NCBI GenBank assembly: GCA_023487035.1
Contig: JAMDEN010000014.1
Span: forward strand, 683 to 64,682
Source: Actinomycetota bacterium
Lineage (GTDB): Bacteria > Actinomycetota > Humimicrobiia > Humimicrobiales > Humimicrobiaceae
DNA: 64,000 nucleotides
Direction: 5' to 3'
Shown: one piece after another, positions 38,271 to 48,697 of the stretch
How positions within the stretch are numbered: the stretch's first letter is position 1
Layout: the number at the start of each line of letters is the position of its first letter
The notes under the pieces: model-generated
Databases searched by the model: none
What the model saw: only the letters and a program-made list of their open reading frames with translations
Told to the model about the DNA's origin: nothing
Translations under genes and position numbers: made by a program

Positions 38271-39233
38271 TTATCTTATACTGTCAGCAATTCTTTTTAA
38301 TTTATCAAATAATTCATCAGTTAATGTTAAATGAAGAGCTTGAAATATTACCTGGGTCCAACCATGTATAAAATAAACCCATCCATCTTCTACTTTAACC
38401 CCTCTTGTTTCTTTTTGAGATTCTGCCTGATGTAAAAAGTCTAACTCTCCTCTATAATTAAATTCCCAAGCCCAGCCATTTTTTGGAAATAAACCATCAT
38501 TAGTAATAGGGGAACCTGGGATATCTTTGCCCATTCCGGTTGCATTTATTACTATGCTATATTCTGGAAGAGCGCCCATAATTTCATCATTTACTTTTGG
38601 ATCTTGATTGCATATATATTCAAACTTTATATCTGTCCCAACTTTTTCTACTATGGCTTTTAAATGATCTAACCTTGGTTGACTTCTGTTAACAACAGTA
38701 ATTTTTTTAGGCTTATCACCTTCATCTTTTTTATTTATAAGATGAAGTACGGTTGCAATACTTGAGCCACCAGCACCAAATATTAAAATTTCAGCATTAT
38801 TATTTTCAAAGTAATTCTTTTTTATAAAATAATCATAACTAGCTCCCGCTGTTATTGGATCCTTTGCGTGCCCTTCCAATCTGCCTTCATTTTTAGAAAT
38901 ACATGAAATTTCATCAAGTAATTTTGCGTATGGATCAAAATAATCAAACATATCTTTTGCAGCTGCATATAAATCCATTTTATGAGTTGTAACAAGAGCT
39001 CCATAACAATTTTCATCATATTTTATTTGTGCAACAGCTTTTCTATAATTTTCCGGTTCATCATGAATTTTTAAATCATATGGATAAATTTTTAAATCTG
39101 AATATCCTAAAGCATCCATCCATAATGGAAAAAGTTTCATTATTGAGGATTTTGTTGTAGTAACCCCAATAAAATAAAAGGATTTCCCTTCTTTTTTAAC
39201 AATATTGTATCTTTTAGCTTCGTCTTCTGCCAT
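38271..39233 (-). CDS. shikimate/quinate dehydrogenase-like (AroE-family) protein
   Basis: 320 aa. N-terminal FYFIGVTTTKSSIMKLFP resembles the AroE substrate-domain start. ILIFGAGGSSIATVLHL NAD(P)-binding Rossmann. Tentative. Confidence 0.4.
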   Translation of the reverse strand: MAEDEAKRYNIVKKEGKSFYFIGVTTTKSSIMKLFPLWMDALGYSDLKIYPYDLKIHDEPENYRKAVAQIKYDENCYGALVTTHKMDLYAAAKDMFDYFDPYAKLLDEISCISKNEGRLEGHAKDPITAGASYDYFIKKNYFENNNAEILIFGAGGSSIATVLHLINKKDEGDKPKKITVVNRSQPRLDHLKAIVEKVGTDIKFEYICNQDPKVNDEIMGALPEYSIVINATGMGKDIPGSPITNDGLFPKNGWAWEFNYRGELDFLHQAESQKETRGVKVEDGWVYFIHGWTQVIFQALHLTLTDELFDKLKRIADSIR

Positions 39234-39421
39234 TTTTTCTTCCTTCCTATAAATTTCTTTAATTCCAAATTATATTTATAATTAATCCTCAAATTTCATA
39301 ATTATTTAATATCAATAATATTTATTAATAGCTTTATATTAACTTAAATATCTTTATGCTTACCTTTTTATAGAATTATTAAATTTAAAACTTTTTAAAT
39401 TTTTCAATAAAAAATAAATAA

Positions 39422-40402
39422 TTATGGTTCAATTACTGCAAATTTTGGTTTCTCACCTTTTAAAACTGCAAGACAATCTGAAATAGAAATTCTTGTCATC
39501 TCATTAGATGCATTATCAGTAGCCGCACCCATATGAGGTGTTGCTATTACTTGTTTTAAAGATAATAATTTATTATCGCTGTCTGGCGGTTCTTTTTTAA
39601 ATGTATCCAGTGCAACAGCTCTAACTTTCCCGTTTACCAAACTTTCATATAACGCATCTTCATCTATAAGTTCTCCCCGTGAAGTATTAATAAGTATTAC
39701 TCCATCTTTCATTTTTTCTATATTCTCTTTATTAATTATATTTGAAGTTTTGGCAGTAACTGGGATATGAAGAGAAATAAAATCAGAATTTTTAAAAAGA
39801 TCATCAATCTCTGCATACTCTATGTTGTATTTTGAAGCAAATTCTTTATCAAAATAAATATCATATGCTAATATTTTCATTTCAAATAATGATAACCTTT
39901 TTGCAAGTTCTTTTCCTATGTTACCAAATCCAATTATTCCAAAAGTTTTATCACATAAAGAAATTCCAGAAAGTCTTGGCCAAGATCCTGTTTTAGTTTG
40001 AGTATCTGCAATAATAATATTTCTAGCAGCAGCTATAGCTAAACCTATTGTTAATTCTGCTACAGACACTGAATTAACACCTGGAGTATTTGTAACATAT
40101 ATTCCAGCTTTTTTTGCTGCTTCTAAATCAACTCTGTCAACTCCAGCGCCATATCTTGCTATAACTTTTAAATTTTTTGCATTTTCTATAACTTTACCAG
40201 TAATTTCATCAAGACCAGCAATCATTCCATCAAATTTTTCAATTATTGGTAATAAATCTGCCTCTTTTAGTGGTTTACCAGTAGTATTATAAACTACTTC
40301 ACCGACCATTTTTTCAAGATCCTTTGCTAAGTCTTTATTGTATTTTGCAAAGCTTGTGGGAGTAACAAGAATTTTACAATCCTTTAAGTCTTTAATCGTC
40401 AT
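39422..40402 (-). CDS. D-isomer-specific 2-hydroxyacid dehydrogenase (PGDH/GyaR-like)
   Basis: 326 aa. NAD-binding GIIGFGNIGKELAKRL. Catalytic-domain pattern (INTSRG...D, ..TPHMGAAT). Confidence 0.75.
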   Translation of the reverse strand: MTIKDLKDCKILVTPTSFAKYNKDLAKDLEKMVGEVVYNTTGKPLKEADLLPIIEKFDGMIAGLDEITGKVIENAKNLKVIARYGAGVDRVDLEAAKKAGIYVTNTPGVNSVSVAELTIGLAIAAARNIIIADTQTKTGSWPRLSGISLCDKTFGIIGFGNIGKELAKRLSLFEMKILAYDIYFDKEFASKYNIEYAEIDDLFKNSDFISLHIPVTAKTSNIINKENIEKMKDGVILINTSRGELIDEDALYESLVNGKVRAVALDTFKKEPPDSDNKLLSLKQVIATPHMGAATDNASNEMTRISISDCLAVLKGEKPKFAVIEP

Positions 40403-40472
40403 TATGTTTTATCCCTCTTCTAATTTCTTCTTAAAAATATTCTTAAAAATATCCATATTTATTTAATTAATT

Positions 40473-41057
40473 TTATTTCCACTTTGGATTATCAATTATT
40501 TCTGGTTTGCCATTTTCTTCTATTACTAACTTTCTGAAGCCTTTAGTTTCTATTGTCGCATAATCATGCCCTGCATTTGCAGGATATGCAAATATAGTAA
40601 CTAAGTCCTCATCACTTTTAATATTAATTGAACGATGTGCCCATCTACCCGGAACATACAAAACAGTGTTTGGAAGTAATTCTTCTGCAGCCCAATCCCC
40701 TTCAGGATTTTCCATCATCATATAGCCATGGCCTTTTACACAATAATAAAATTCTGCAGTATCAAGAATTTGGTGAAAATGTCCTTTTGTCATAAAATAT
40801 TCATTACCAACCTTCCCAGGATGAACTATTGACATCCCTTGTAAGAGCTCTCCTTCAACCTCTGGAGCAAATTTTTCATAAACTTCATATAAAATACAAT
40901 CTTCTTTTTTAATCATTTCCTCATATGCTTTTTCATCCATGTATTGCCCCTTCATAGAAGACAGCTTTCTAATAATATGATTATCTGGATTTGATATCTC
41001 TTCATTTTTTATATCTACCTTATAGGTAAAAGGTTTGAAATTTTTATTATCACGCAT
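40473..41057 (-). CDS. pgiA: cupin-type glucose-6-phosphate isomerase (archaeal-type cPGI)
   Basis: 194 aa. Strong similarity along the full length to Thermococcales cPGI, as recalled from memory (HPGKVGNEYFMTKGHFH; YVPGRWAHRSINI; AGHDYATIETKGFRKLVIEENGKPEIIDNPKWK). Confidence 0.85.
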   Translation of the reverse strand: MRDNKNFKPFTYKVDIKNEEISNPDNHIIRKLSSMKGQYMDEKAYEEMIKKEDCILYEVYEKFAPEVEGELLQGMSIVHPGKVGNEYFMTKGHFHQILDTAEFYYCVKGHGYMMMENPEGDWAAEELLPNTVLYVPGRWAHRSINIKSDEDLVTIFAYPANAGHDYATIETKGFRKLVIEENGKPEIIDNPKWK

Positions 41058-41248
41058 TTATTATCCTTTCAGTTTTTTTATAATTTAATTTTTTGTAATT
41101 TATAAATTTTCTTATTTTACTAAACAAATATTTTTTCTTTTCTTTTTCTTTTTAAACTATTTTTTTACTGTTTTCTATTTTTTTATTAATTCTATTTTTT
41201 AATAAAACTTGGATATAAAAAATTTTAAAATAACTGCGCCTTGTTTAA

Positions 41249-42235
41249 TTAGTATTTACTTATACTAAAAAAATTTGCTGCATTTTCTCCAATTATCTTA
41301 TTAATTGCTTTTAATTTTAAATTTTTAGCTAATGCAGTATTTCTTATATCATTAAAAAATCCAAAATAACCTTTATTTGATATAAACTTTTTCCACATCT
41401 CATTATCAGCAATATCTGTTCCAATCATAACAGAGCTTTTAAAGCCTTCTTCTACCATTTTCTCAATCAACGGCCAAACATTTATAGAAGGATTATATTT
41501 TTCTCTCAAAAAAGTATCATATTCTAAGAAAAAACCTTCTTTTGCTAAATTTTTATGTAAATTAAAATCATTTCTTTTATCCATATGACATAAGACAACC
41601 CTACTTGGGTTTATTTTTTTAGATTCAATATAATTTATAAAATATTCAATATTTAAACCTTGCTCAGTATGCACTAAAATAGGAAGCTTGGTTTCAATAG
41701 AAGCATAAATGGCAGCATCAGTTAATATCTTTAATTGATTATCTTCTAAATTTCCAACAAAAGGTATCTTAATAACTCCAGCTTTTACTTTAATATTATC
41801 AGTAAGAGTTTCTTTTAAGCCCTGCGTATATTCGTTTATAAAGAAAGCTTGAGCTTCTTTTAAACTCATGCTCCATATTTTTGAATTAGGCGGGTAATAT
41901 TGCCTTTTATGAAATCCTGTAACAGAAATAATATTTACTCCTGTCTTTAACGAAAACTCATATAATTTATTGCCATCTCTTCCGCATTCATAAGGGGTAC
42001 AATCAACTAATGAACCATTAAGTTTTGTTTTAAAATCAGTTAATTCGTCTAAAATCAAAGAAAAATCATTTACTTCTGAAATAAAATTATTTAATTCATC
42101 CTCATATTTTTTTATCCAAATATGAGTATGGCAATCTATAACATTAAAAAAAGTATTTTCTATCAAACCTCTTACGGTTTGTATAAATTTTTCTTTTTTA
42201 TTTCCATTATTATTTAAATTTTTATTCTTTATCAT
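41249..42235 (-). CDS. phosphotriesterase-family (COG1735) binuclear-metal hydrolase, probable sugar(-phosphate) lactonase
   Basis: 328 aa. HxH (IDCHTHIW), carbamylated-Lys position (IKVKAGVIKI), His in VHTEQG and LCHMDKR, Asp in IGTDIA. This is the PTE/PHP metal-ligand constellation. Confidence 0.55.
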   Translation of the reverse strand: MIKNKNLNNNGNKKEKFIQTVRGLIENTFFNVIDCHTHIWIKKYEDELNNFISEVNDFSLILDELTDFKTKLNGSLVDCTPYECGRDGNKLYEFSLKTGVNIISVTGFHKRQYYPPNSKIWSMSLKEAQAFFINEYTQGLKETLTDNIKVKAGVIKIPFVGNLEDNQLKILTDAAIYASIETKLPILVHTEQGLNIEYFINYIESKKINPSRVVLCHMDKRNDFNLHKNLAKEGFFLEYDTFLREKYNPSINVWPLIEKMVEEGFKSSVMIGTDIADNEMWKKFISNKGYFGFFNDIRNTALAKNLKLKAINKIIGENAANFFSISKY

Positions 42236-42350
42236 TTTACGAAATCTTATTTTATTCTTCTTAACTAAATATTATTTAAATAATTTTAAAAATCATAAAA
42301 ATAAAATTTAAATCAAACTTTTTAGCTTTAAATATAAATAAAATCAGATT

Positions 42351-43940
42351 TTAAGGTAAATTCTTTAATTTTTTAAAAATTAAATTAGTATCCTGTAAAA
42401 GTTCTTCATAAAAACTTGAATATTTTTTATATAAATCAACAATTTGCTCTTGAGGTTCTAATATATAATTTATTTCATTAAATTTATTAGCTGTATTTTT
42501 TAAATCAGTAAATATCCCTGTGGCAAACCCAGCAAGTATTGCTGAGCCTAAAACCCCAAATTCTTCTCTTTTTAATTTAACATAAGGTAAATTTAAAACA
42601 TTTGCTTTTAATTGATTCCAAAATTTACTTTTGCTGCCTCCGCCTATAACTCTTGCTTCTTTTACTTTTAAGTCTGTTATTAAAGATTTTTCAACTTTTA
42701 AATAAATAAGATATTCATAAGCTATTGATTCTAGAATAGACCTATATAAATGTTCTTTTTTATGACGCCAAGTAAGACCTACCCAACTTCCTTTTAAATT
42801 AGGATCGTTTGGACAAACTCTTCCTCCTAAATGAGGAATAAAGAATAATTTTTCAGAACCAGCTGAAATTTTTGATGCAAGATTATCAAATATTTCATAT
42901 TCTTTTCCATTGAATAATTCTTGCATGATATAAATATTATTAATATCCTTAATATCTGGATTCTTAATTATTTCATCTCTAAACCATCTTATATCCAATC
43001 CCCCTCCGTTAATATAAGCAATTGCATACCATAAATCTTCAAGAACTGTTCTAGCAGTTAATAAAGTCTTATTTTTAACATCAGGGACATATTTATCAAC
43101 ACAAATTGAAAAAACTGAAGCAGTTCCAGCAACATCAAAAATCATTCCTGAATCATTAATGGCAGCTCCAAGAATGTTTGCCGCTTGATCTCCGCACCCT
43201 GCAGCTATAGGTGTTCCTTCTAATAATCCTGTAATGTTTGCAGTTTCTTTATTTACCTTACCAATAATTTCCCAAGGCTTTATAATTTTTGGCAGTTTAT
43301 TTGCTGGTAAATTAAATTCATTACATAAATCTTCAGACCATTTATTATTTAAAATATCAGCAAAACATGAAAAATGAATATAAGTATAATCAATAAAAGC
43401 TTCATCACTTTTTAATCCAGCCATTTCACCAGCAACATATGCAGAAGGCATGATAAATTTTGAAATCTTTCTAAAAATATCAGGTCTTTCATTCTTCCAC
43501 CACAACATTTTAGGACCATGAGAAAAAGTTGGAGGCCCACCTGATAGTGAGATTACTTTATCTTTTACTGAATTTAATATAGTTATATAGTCCGAACACC
43601 TTGTATCTAACCAAGAATCATACGGAATAACTGGTTGCCAATTATTATCTACCGCACATATACCTGCCATTTGCCCATCAATAGAAATACCAAAAATATC
43701 TTTTGGACTAATTAAATTTGATGATTGTGCTCTTTGTAGGCAATCTTTTATTGTATCAATTACAGAATAATAAATTTCATTCATATCTTGCTCAACAGCA
43801 CCAGGTTCTGGATAATAAAGTTTTGATTCTTGAAAAGATTCAGAAATAAGATCTCCATCATCATTAAAAATTGCGGTTTTTGTCCCACTTGTTCCAATAT
43901 CTATTCCGATAAGGTATTTATTACTTCTCATTAACTGCAT
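42351..43940 (-). CDS. FGGY-family carbohydrate kinase
   Basis: 529 aa. N-terminal YLIGIDIGTSGTKTAIF and C-terminal actin-fold ATPase motifs (GGGSKSKFWNQL). Confidence 0.75.
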   Translation of the reverse strand: MQLMRSNKYLIGIDIGTSGTKTAIFNDDGDLISESFQESKLYYPEPGAVEQDMNEIYYSVIDTIKDCLQRAQSSNLISPKDIFGISIDGQMAGICAVDNNWQPVIPYDSWLDTRCSDYITILNSVKDKVISLSGGPPTFSHGPKMLWWKNERPDIFRKISKFIMPSAYVAGEMAGLKSDEAFIDYTYIHFSCFADILNNKWSEDLCNEFNLPANKLPKIIKPWEIIGKVNKETANITGLLEGTPIAAGCGDQAANILGAAINDSGMIFDVAGTASVFSICVDKYVPDVKNKTLLTARTVLEDLWYAIAYINGGGLDIRWFRDEIIKNPDIKDINNIYIMQELFNGKEYEIFDNLASKISAGSEKLFFIPHLGGRVCPNDPNLKGSWVGLTWRHKKEHLYRSILESIAYEYLIYLKVEKSLITDLKVKEARVIGGGSKSKFWNQLKANVLNLPYVKLKREEFGVLGSAILAGFATGIFTDLKNTANKFNEINYILEPQEQIVDLYKKYSSFYEELLQDTNLIFKKLKNLP

Positions 43941-44147
43941 TCCTTTATAATTTAATATTTAATTCCCTTTACATCAAAATATTTGTTTTATTTAAAAGTA
44001 AAAATATTTTTAAAAAATTAAAGAATTTTAAAAAATTAATTTAAAATATTAAAATCAAAAAAATTTATAAAAAACAAAATTAAAAAATTAAATTAATATA
44101 ATAATATAATAATTAATTATTATGATAATTTATTAAGCATTAATAAT

Positions 44148-45227
44148 TTAAACATTAAACATTACTTTTAAAACATTTTCTAATTTTGCATTTTTAAATG
44201 CTTCTTCTGCTTCCGATAATGAATACCTTATACTAATTAACTTTTTTAAATCTATTTTCTTTGCAGCAATAAGCTCTACTGACTTCCTATATTGCAAGAT
44301 ACTTTGCCCAGTAGTTCCTGTAACAATTATATGTTTATAATGAATAATATTAGATTTAAAATTAATAATATCCTGACCTTTAGGAAGGCCGCCAAAAAAC
44401 AATATCCTACCCTGTATCGCAACAAGATCTAAGCTATCTTCCTGGGCTTTTTTTGAAGGAGCTGTGATAATTATGACATCCGCTCCTCTGCCATAACTAT
44501 TAGCCAAAATAAATTCTTTCAAATTTTCATTTTGTGGATTAATTACTAAATCAGCACCAAATTTTAAAGCTTGCTCGCTTCTTATTTTACTAATTTCACT
44601 AACTATTATTTTTTGTGCACCTCTTAATTTTGCCATCATTACATGCAAAATTCCCATAGGACCTGCACCCATTATTAAAACAATATCTTTTGGCCCAATT
44701 TCAACAGCTTCTGAAGCACAAAATACTGTAGACAAGGGTTCAGCTAGTGATGCTTCTTCAAAAGAAACATTGTCTTGTAATAAATAAATATTTCCTTGTC
44801 GAATATATTCTTCTGGAATAACCATATATTCAGCAAAAGATCCATTTAAATTAATTCCTATTGCGGAATAATCTTCACAATAATTACTTTGGCCAGATAC
44901 ACATTGATCACATACCCCACACCCTATATTTGGCGCCATTGACAATCTCATTCCAACTTTAAATTGTTTGATATTTGAGCCAACTTCAGCTATTTCACCA
45001 GCAACTTCATGTCCTAAAATTATTTTTTTATCAAGTGGATTTTTAAAATGGCCAAATTCTTTAATTTTTAAATCTGTTGCACAAATTGATGTAGTTTTTA
45101 CTTTTAATAATATTTCATCAGATTTAATTTTCGGAATTGGGATATCTTCAACTTTAATTAAACCTTTACCTTGGTATACTACTGCTAACATAAAACTCCT
45201 ATTAATATTATTTTTTATCTTTAACAT
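44148..45227 (-). CDS. zinc-dependent medium-chain alcohol/polyol dehydrogenase (sorbitol/threonine-DH-like)
   Basis: 359 aa. Catalytic Zn GHEVAGEI. Structural Zn CGVCDQCVSGQSNYC. Rossmann GAGPMG. Confidence 0.8.
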   Translation of the reverse strand: MLKIKNNINRSFMLAVVYQGKGLIKVEDIPIPKIKSDEILLKVKTTSICATDLKIKEFGHFKNPLDKKIILGHEVAGEIAEVGSNIKQFKVGMRLSMAPNIGCGVCDQCVSGQSNYCEDYSAIGINLNGSFAEYMVIPEEYIRQGNIYLLQDNVSFEEASLAEPLSTVFCASEAVEIGPKDIVLIMGAGPMGILHVMMAKLRGAQKIIVSEISKIRSEQALKFGADLVINPQNENLKEFILANSYGRGADVIIITAPSKKAQEDSLDLVAIQGRILFFGGLPKGQDIINFKSNIIHYKHIIVTGTTGQSILQYRKSVELIAAKKIDLKKLISIRYSLSEAEEAFKNAKLENVLKVMFNV

Positions 45228-45232
45228 TTTTT

Positions 45233-46252
45233 TTATAAATTTACTGGCATTCCCTTCTTTATAGATTCATTTGCTGCAATTACTGCCTTTACAGCATGTT
45301 TTCCATCTTTACCAGTCACAATTGGGGTTTTATTATCTAATATACATTCAATAAAGTGTCTATCTTCAGCTATATAGGCTTCATGAAATCTTTTTTTCCA
45401 ACTTAAAACTTGTGGAGAGACACATCCTTTATTTCTTGTGCAAGTAATTGTGGTATGTTCCTTTAAATAACCTATAAAGATAACACCCTTAGTTCCAACA
45501 ATTTCAACTCTTGCATCATAGCCATAATCACAAGGACAAACACTATCAATTACTCCAAAAACTTCGTTATTTAATGTTGCTAATACTGTGGCATTATCAT
45601 AAAAATCAGGATACTCTTTACCTATTTCAGGATTTTTTGAATTTTTTGCTACTGAATAAATTACTTTATAATCAGATTCAGCTAGCCATCTTATAGAATC
45701 AAAATCATGACTATTTACCTCTGCTAACGTTCCATTACTATTTTTAATATCATAAGCCCATTTCCCGGGAAGACCTGGCCCTCTCCCAACTGATTTTATA
45801 ATTAAAGGTTGTCCTATTTCTCCTTCCATAAGCAACTGTTTGCCATTTTTAAATCCATCATCAAAACGTCTCATAAAACCTATTTGTAAAATAACATTTG
45901 CTTTTTTACAAGCTTCAATCATCTTATCGCAGTCTTCCAATGTTATACACATTGGTTTTTCACAAAAAACATGTTTTTTGTTTGCAGCAGCTATCTCTGT
46001 GTATTGACGATGAGTAAATGTTGGTGTAGTTATGACAATAGCATCAAAATCAACATTTTTTATTGCATCATCAAAATTTGTAAATGCTCTTGTTTTATCA
46101 AGATTAAATTTAGAAGCTAAATTTTTTGCTTTTGTTAAATCTGTATCAAATACTGATACTATTTCTGCGTCAGGTATAGAAAATTTATAAACATCTCCAT
46201 GAACTTCACCGGCTCTTCCAGCACCAACAAGACATATTTTTACCTTTTCCAT
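45233..46252 (-). CDS. Gfo/Idh/MocA-family oxidoreductase
   Basis: 339 aa. VKICLVGAGRAGEVH Rossmann and CEKPM motif. Confidence 0.75.
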   Translation of the reverse strand: MEKVKICLVGAGRAGEVHGDVYKFSIPDAEIVSVFDTDLTKAKNLASKFNLDKTRAFTNFDDAIKNVDFDAIVITTPTFTHRQYTEIAAANKKHVFCEKPMCITLEDCDKMIEACKKANVILQIGFMRRFDDGFKNGKQLLMEGEIGQPLIIKSVGRGPGLPGKWAYDIKNSNGTLAEVNSHDFDSIRWLAESDYKVIYSVAKNSKNPEIGKEYPDFYDNATVLATLNNEVFGVIDSVCPCDYGYDARVEIVGTKGVIFIGYLKEHTTITCTRNKGCVSPQVLSWKKRFHEAYIAEDRHFIECILDNKTPIVTGKDGKHAVKAVIAANESIKKGMPVNL

Positions 46253-46684
46253 AAACCTACCCTTTGTAAAATTTTTATATAATTTAAATAAAAATAATTT
46301 TATTATTTATTCGTTAATTGGTTTATTTAAACTTAATATTTCATGAATATAAAAAATACTTAATTGATTAATGTTGTAATTACAATATTAATAATGTTAT
46401 TTATTTTTCTTTTTTTTGTCAAATTATTTAACTATTTTTTTATTTTTTCTATTTATATCAAATTTATAATTATTAAAGAATATGAAGATATTTTTAGTTG
46501 AATATAAGAATGATAATAAATTATTAATACTCTTAAAAATATTTTTAGCCAGCATTGACGTTGGAACTGCTATGGAAGCATCTAAGAGATTTGAGTAAAA
46601 TTAATTAAATTTTTAGTATTATTGTTTAAAAGAGAAGGTGCTTTTGATAAAACATGGTGAATTAAATAGATTTTTATTTAAACA

Positions 46685-48697
46685 CTATACTGCCTGCTGC
46701 TCGTCAAGGTTTGCTCCCAGGAACTGGCTATTATAAAGTTCTGCATAAAAACCCTTCTTAGCAAGAAGTTCCTTATGATTTCCCATTTCAATAATACTAC
46801 CCTGATTCATTACAAGAATTAATTCCGCATCTCTAATTGTTGAAAGTCTGTGGGCAATTACAAAACTTGTTCTGCCTTTCATAAGTGTTGCCATCGCTTT
46901 TTGAATTAAAACTTCTGTTCTTGTATCAACATTACTTGTAGCTTCATCAAGAATAAGAATCGCGGGATCAGCAAGAAAAGCACGTGCAATAGTTAACAAT
47001 TGTTTTTGTCCTTGTGAAATATTTGTAACTTCCTCATTTAGTACAGTATTATATCCCTCAGGTAATGTTTTTATAAAATGATCAGCATGAGCTGCTTTTG
47101 CTGCATTAATAACTTCTCCCTCAGTTGCACCTTCCTTGCCATAAGCGATATTTTCCATAATAGTTCCGTTAAATAACCATGTATCCTGTAAAACCATACC
47201 GAAAATACTTCTTAAGTTACCACGTTTTATATCTCTAATATCTACCCCATCAATAGTAATTTTCCCCCCATTAATTTCATAAAACCTCATAAGAAGATTT
47301 ACAAGAGTAGTTTTACCGGCACCGGTTGGCCCAACAATGGCAATTGTATGACCTTTTTTAACATCAATATTCATATTCCTTATAAGCGGCTCATCAGCTT
47401 TATAACTGAAATCTACATTTTCAAACTTTACTTCTCCTTCAGGATATTTAAGTACCATTGCATTTTTACTATCAGGAATTTCCTCTTCTTCATCAAGAAG
47501 CTCAAACACTCTCTCAGCAGATGCTATAGTTGACTGAATAATATTTGCAATATTTGCAGTTTGAATTATAGGCATTGTAAACTGGCTGGTATATTGAATA
47601 AATGCCTGAACATTACCAATAGTTATAATTCCTCTTGTTACAAATATGCCACCTGCAACACTAACTATCACATACCCTAAGTTACTTATAAATCTCATAA
47701 GAGGCATAATCATACCTGAGATAAACTGAGCTTTCCAGCCAGCAGCATAAAGTCTTTTATTTATTTGATTAAAAGTCTCAATTGATTCTTTTTCATGTCC
47801 GAAAGACTTTACAATTTTATGACCACCATACATTTCTTCAACATGCCCGTTCAGTTCACCTAATGATTTTTGCTGATGAGCAAAATATTTTTGTGAACGC
47901 CTTGCAATAACAGTTGTTACTAATATATAAAGCGGTAGTGTTAAAATTACTATAAGAGTTAGTAAGGGACTTATTGTCAGCATCATAATGATTACCCCAA
48001 TAATAGTAACAAAAGATGTTATCAGTTGCGTTATACTTTGCTGAAGAGTATTTGCAATATTATCAACATCATTTGTAACACGACTTAAAATATCACCATG
48101 AATTCTTGAATCATAAAATTTAAGTGGCAGTCTGGATAATTTTTCATCTACATCTTTACGCAACTTATAAACAGTTTTTTGTGCAACGCCTGCCATTATA
48201 TACTGCTGAATATAATTAAACAGCGCACTTAAAAGATAGAGAGTTATTAAAATAAGTATTATTATTTGTATATAATGAAAGTCTATTTTACCGCCATTTG
48301 TACTCATTATTTTAGCTATGCCAGCTTTAACCTGATTTAAACTATCTAATACTTTTGGTGTTGCTGTTGCCGGATCAGCGGCAAGCTTAGTTAATTTATC
48401 CTGAGCTGCAAGTAAATCTGCCAAAGCTTTCTTGCTCATTATGCCTTCAAATATTTTAGTTGTAGCTTTTCCTAAAGTCTTTGGCCCGAAAATATTAAAA
48501 ACTGTACCAAGAATTGCAAATATAAAAACAACAATTAACTTAAATTTTTGCGGTTTCAGATACCCTACAAGCCTTATAAAAGTACCTTTAAAATCTTTTG
48601 CTTTTTCAACAGGTCTGCCAGCAAATCCTGCGGGTCCGCCATGTCTTCCCATTGGAGGTCCTATTTCAGCTCTTTCCTTTTTAATTTCTTCACTCAT
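46685..48697 (-). CDS. ABC transporter permease/ATP-binding protein (type I exporter, heterodimer partner B)
   Basis: 670 aa. Six-TM domain plus NBD with Walker A GPTGAGKTT, signature LSGGQKQ, Walker B ILILDEATS. 4-bp overlap with the upstream partner. Confidence 0.85.
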   Translation of the reverse strand: MSEEIKKERAEIGPPMGRHGGPAGFAGRPVEKAKDFKGTFIRLVGYLKPQKFKLIVVFIFAILGTVFNIFGPKTLGKATTKIFEGIMSKKALADLLAAQDKLTKLAADPATATPKVLDSLNQVKAGIAKIMSTNGGKIDFHYIQIIILILITLYLLSALFNYIQQYIMAGVAQKTVYKLRKDVDEKLSRLPLKFYDSRIHGDILSRVTNDVDNIANTLQQSITQLITSFVTIIGVIIMMLTISPLLTLIVILTLPLYILVTTVIARRSQKYFAHQQKSLGELNGHVEEMYGGHKIVKSFGHEKESIETFNQINKRLYAAGWKAQFISGMIMPLMRFISNLGYVIVSVAGGIFVTRGIITIGNVQAFIQYTSQFTMPIIQTANIANIIQSTIASAERVFELLDEEEEIPDSKNAMVLKYPEGEVKFENVDFSYKADEPLIRNMNIDVKKGHTIAIVGPTGAGKTTLVNLLMRFYEINGGKITIDGVDIRDIKRGNLRSIFGMVLQDTWLFNGTIMENIAYGKEGATEGEVINAAKAAHADHFIKTLPEGYNTVLNEEVTNISQGQKQLLTIARAFLADPAILILDEATSNVDTRTEVLIQKAMATLMKGRTSFVIAHRLSTIRDAELILVMNQGSIIEMGNHKELLAKKGFYAELYNSQFLGANLDEQQAV

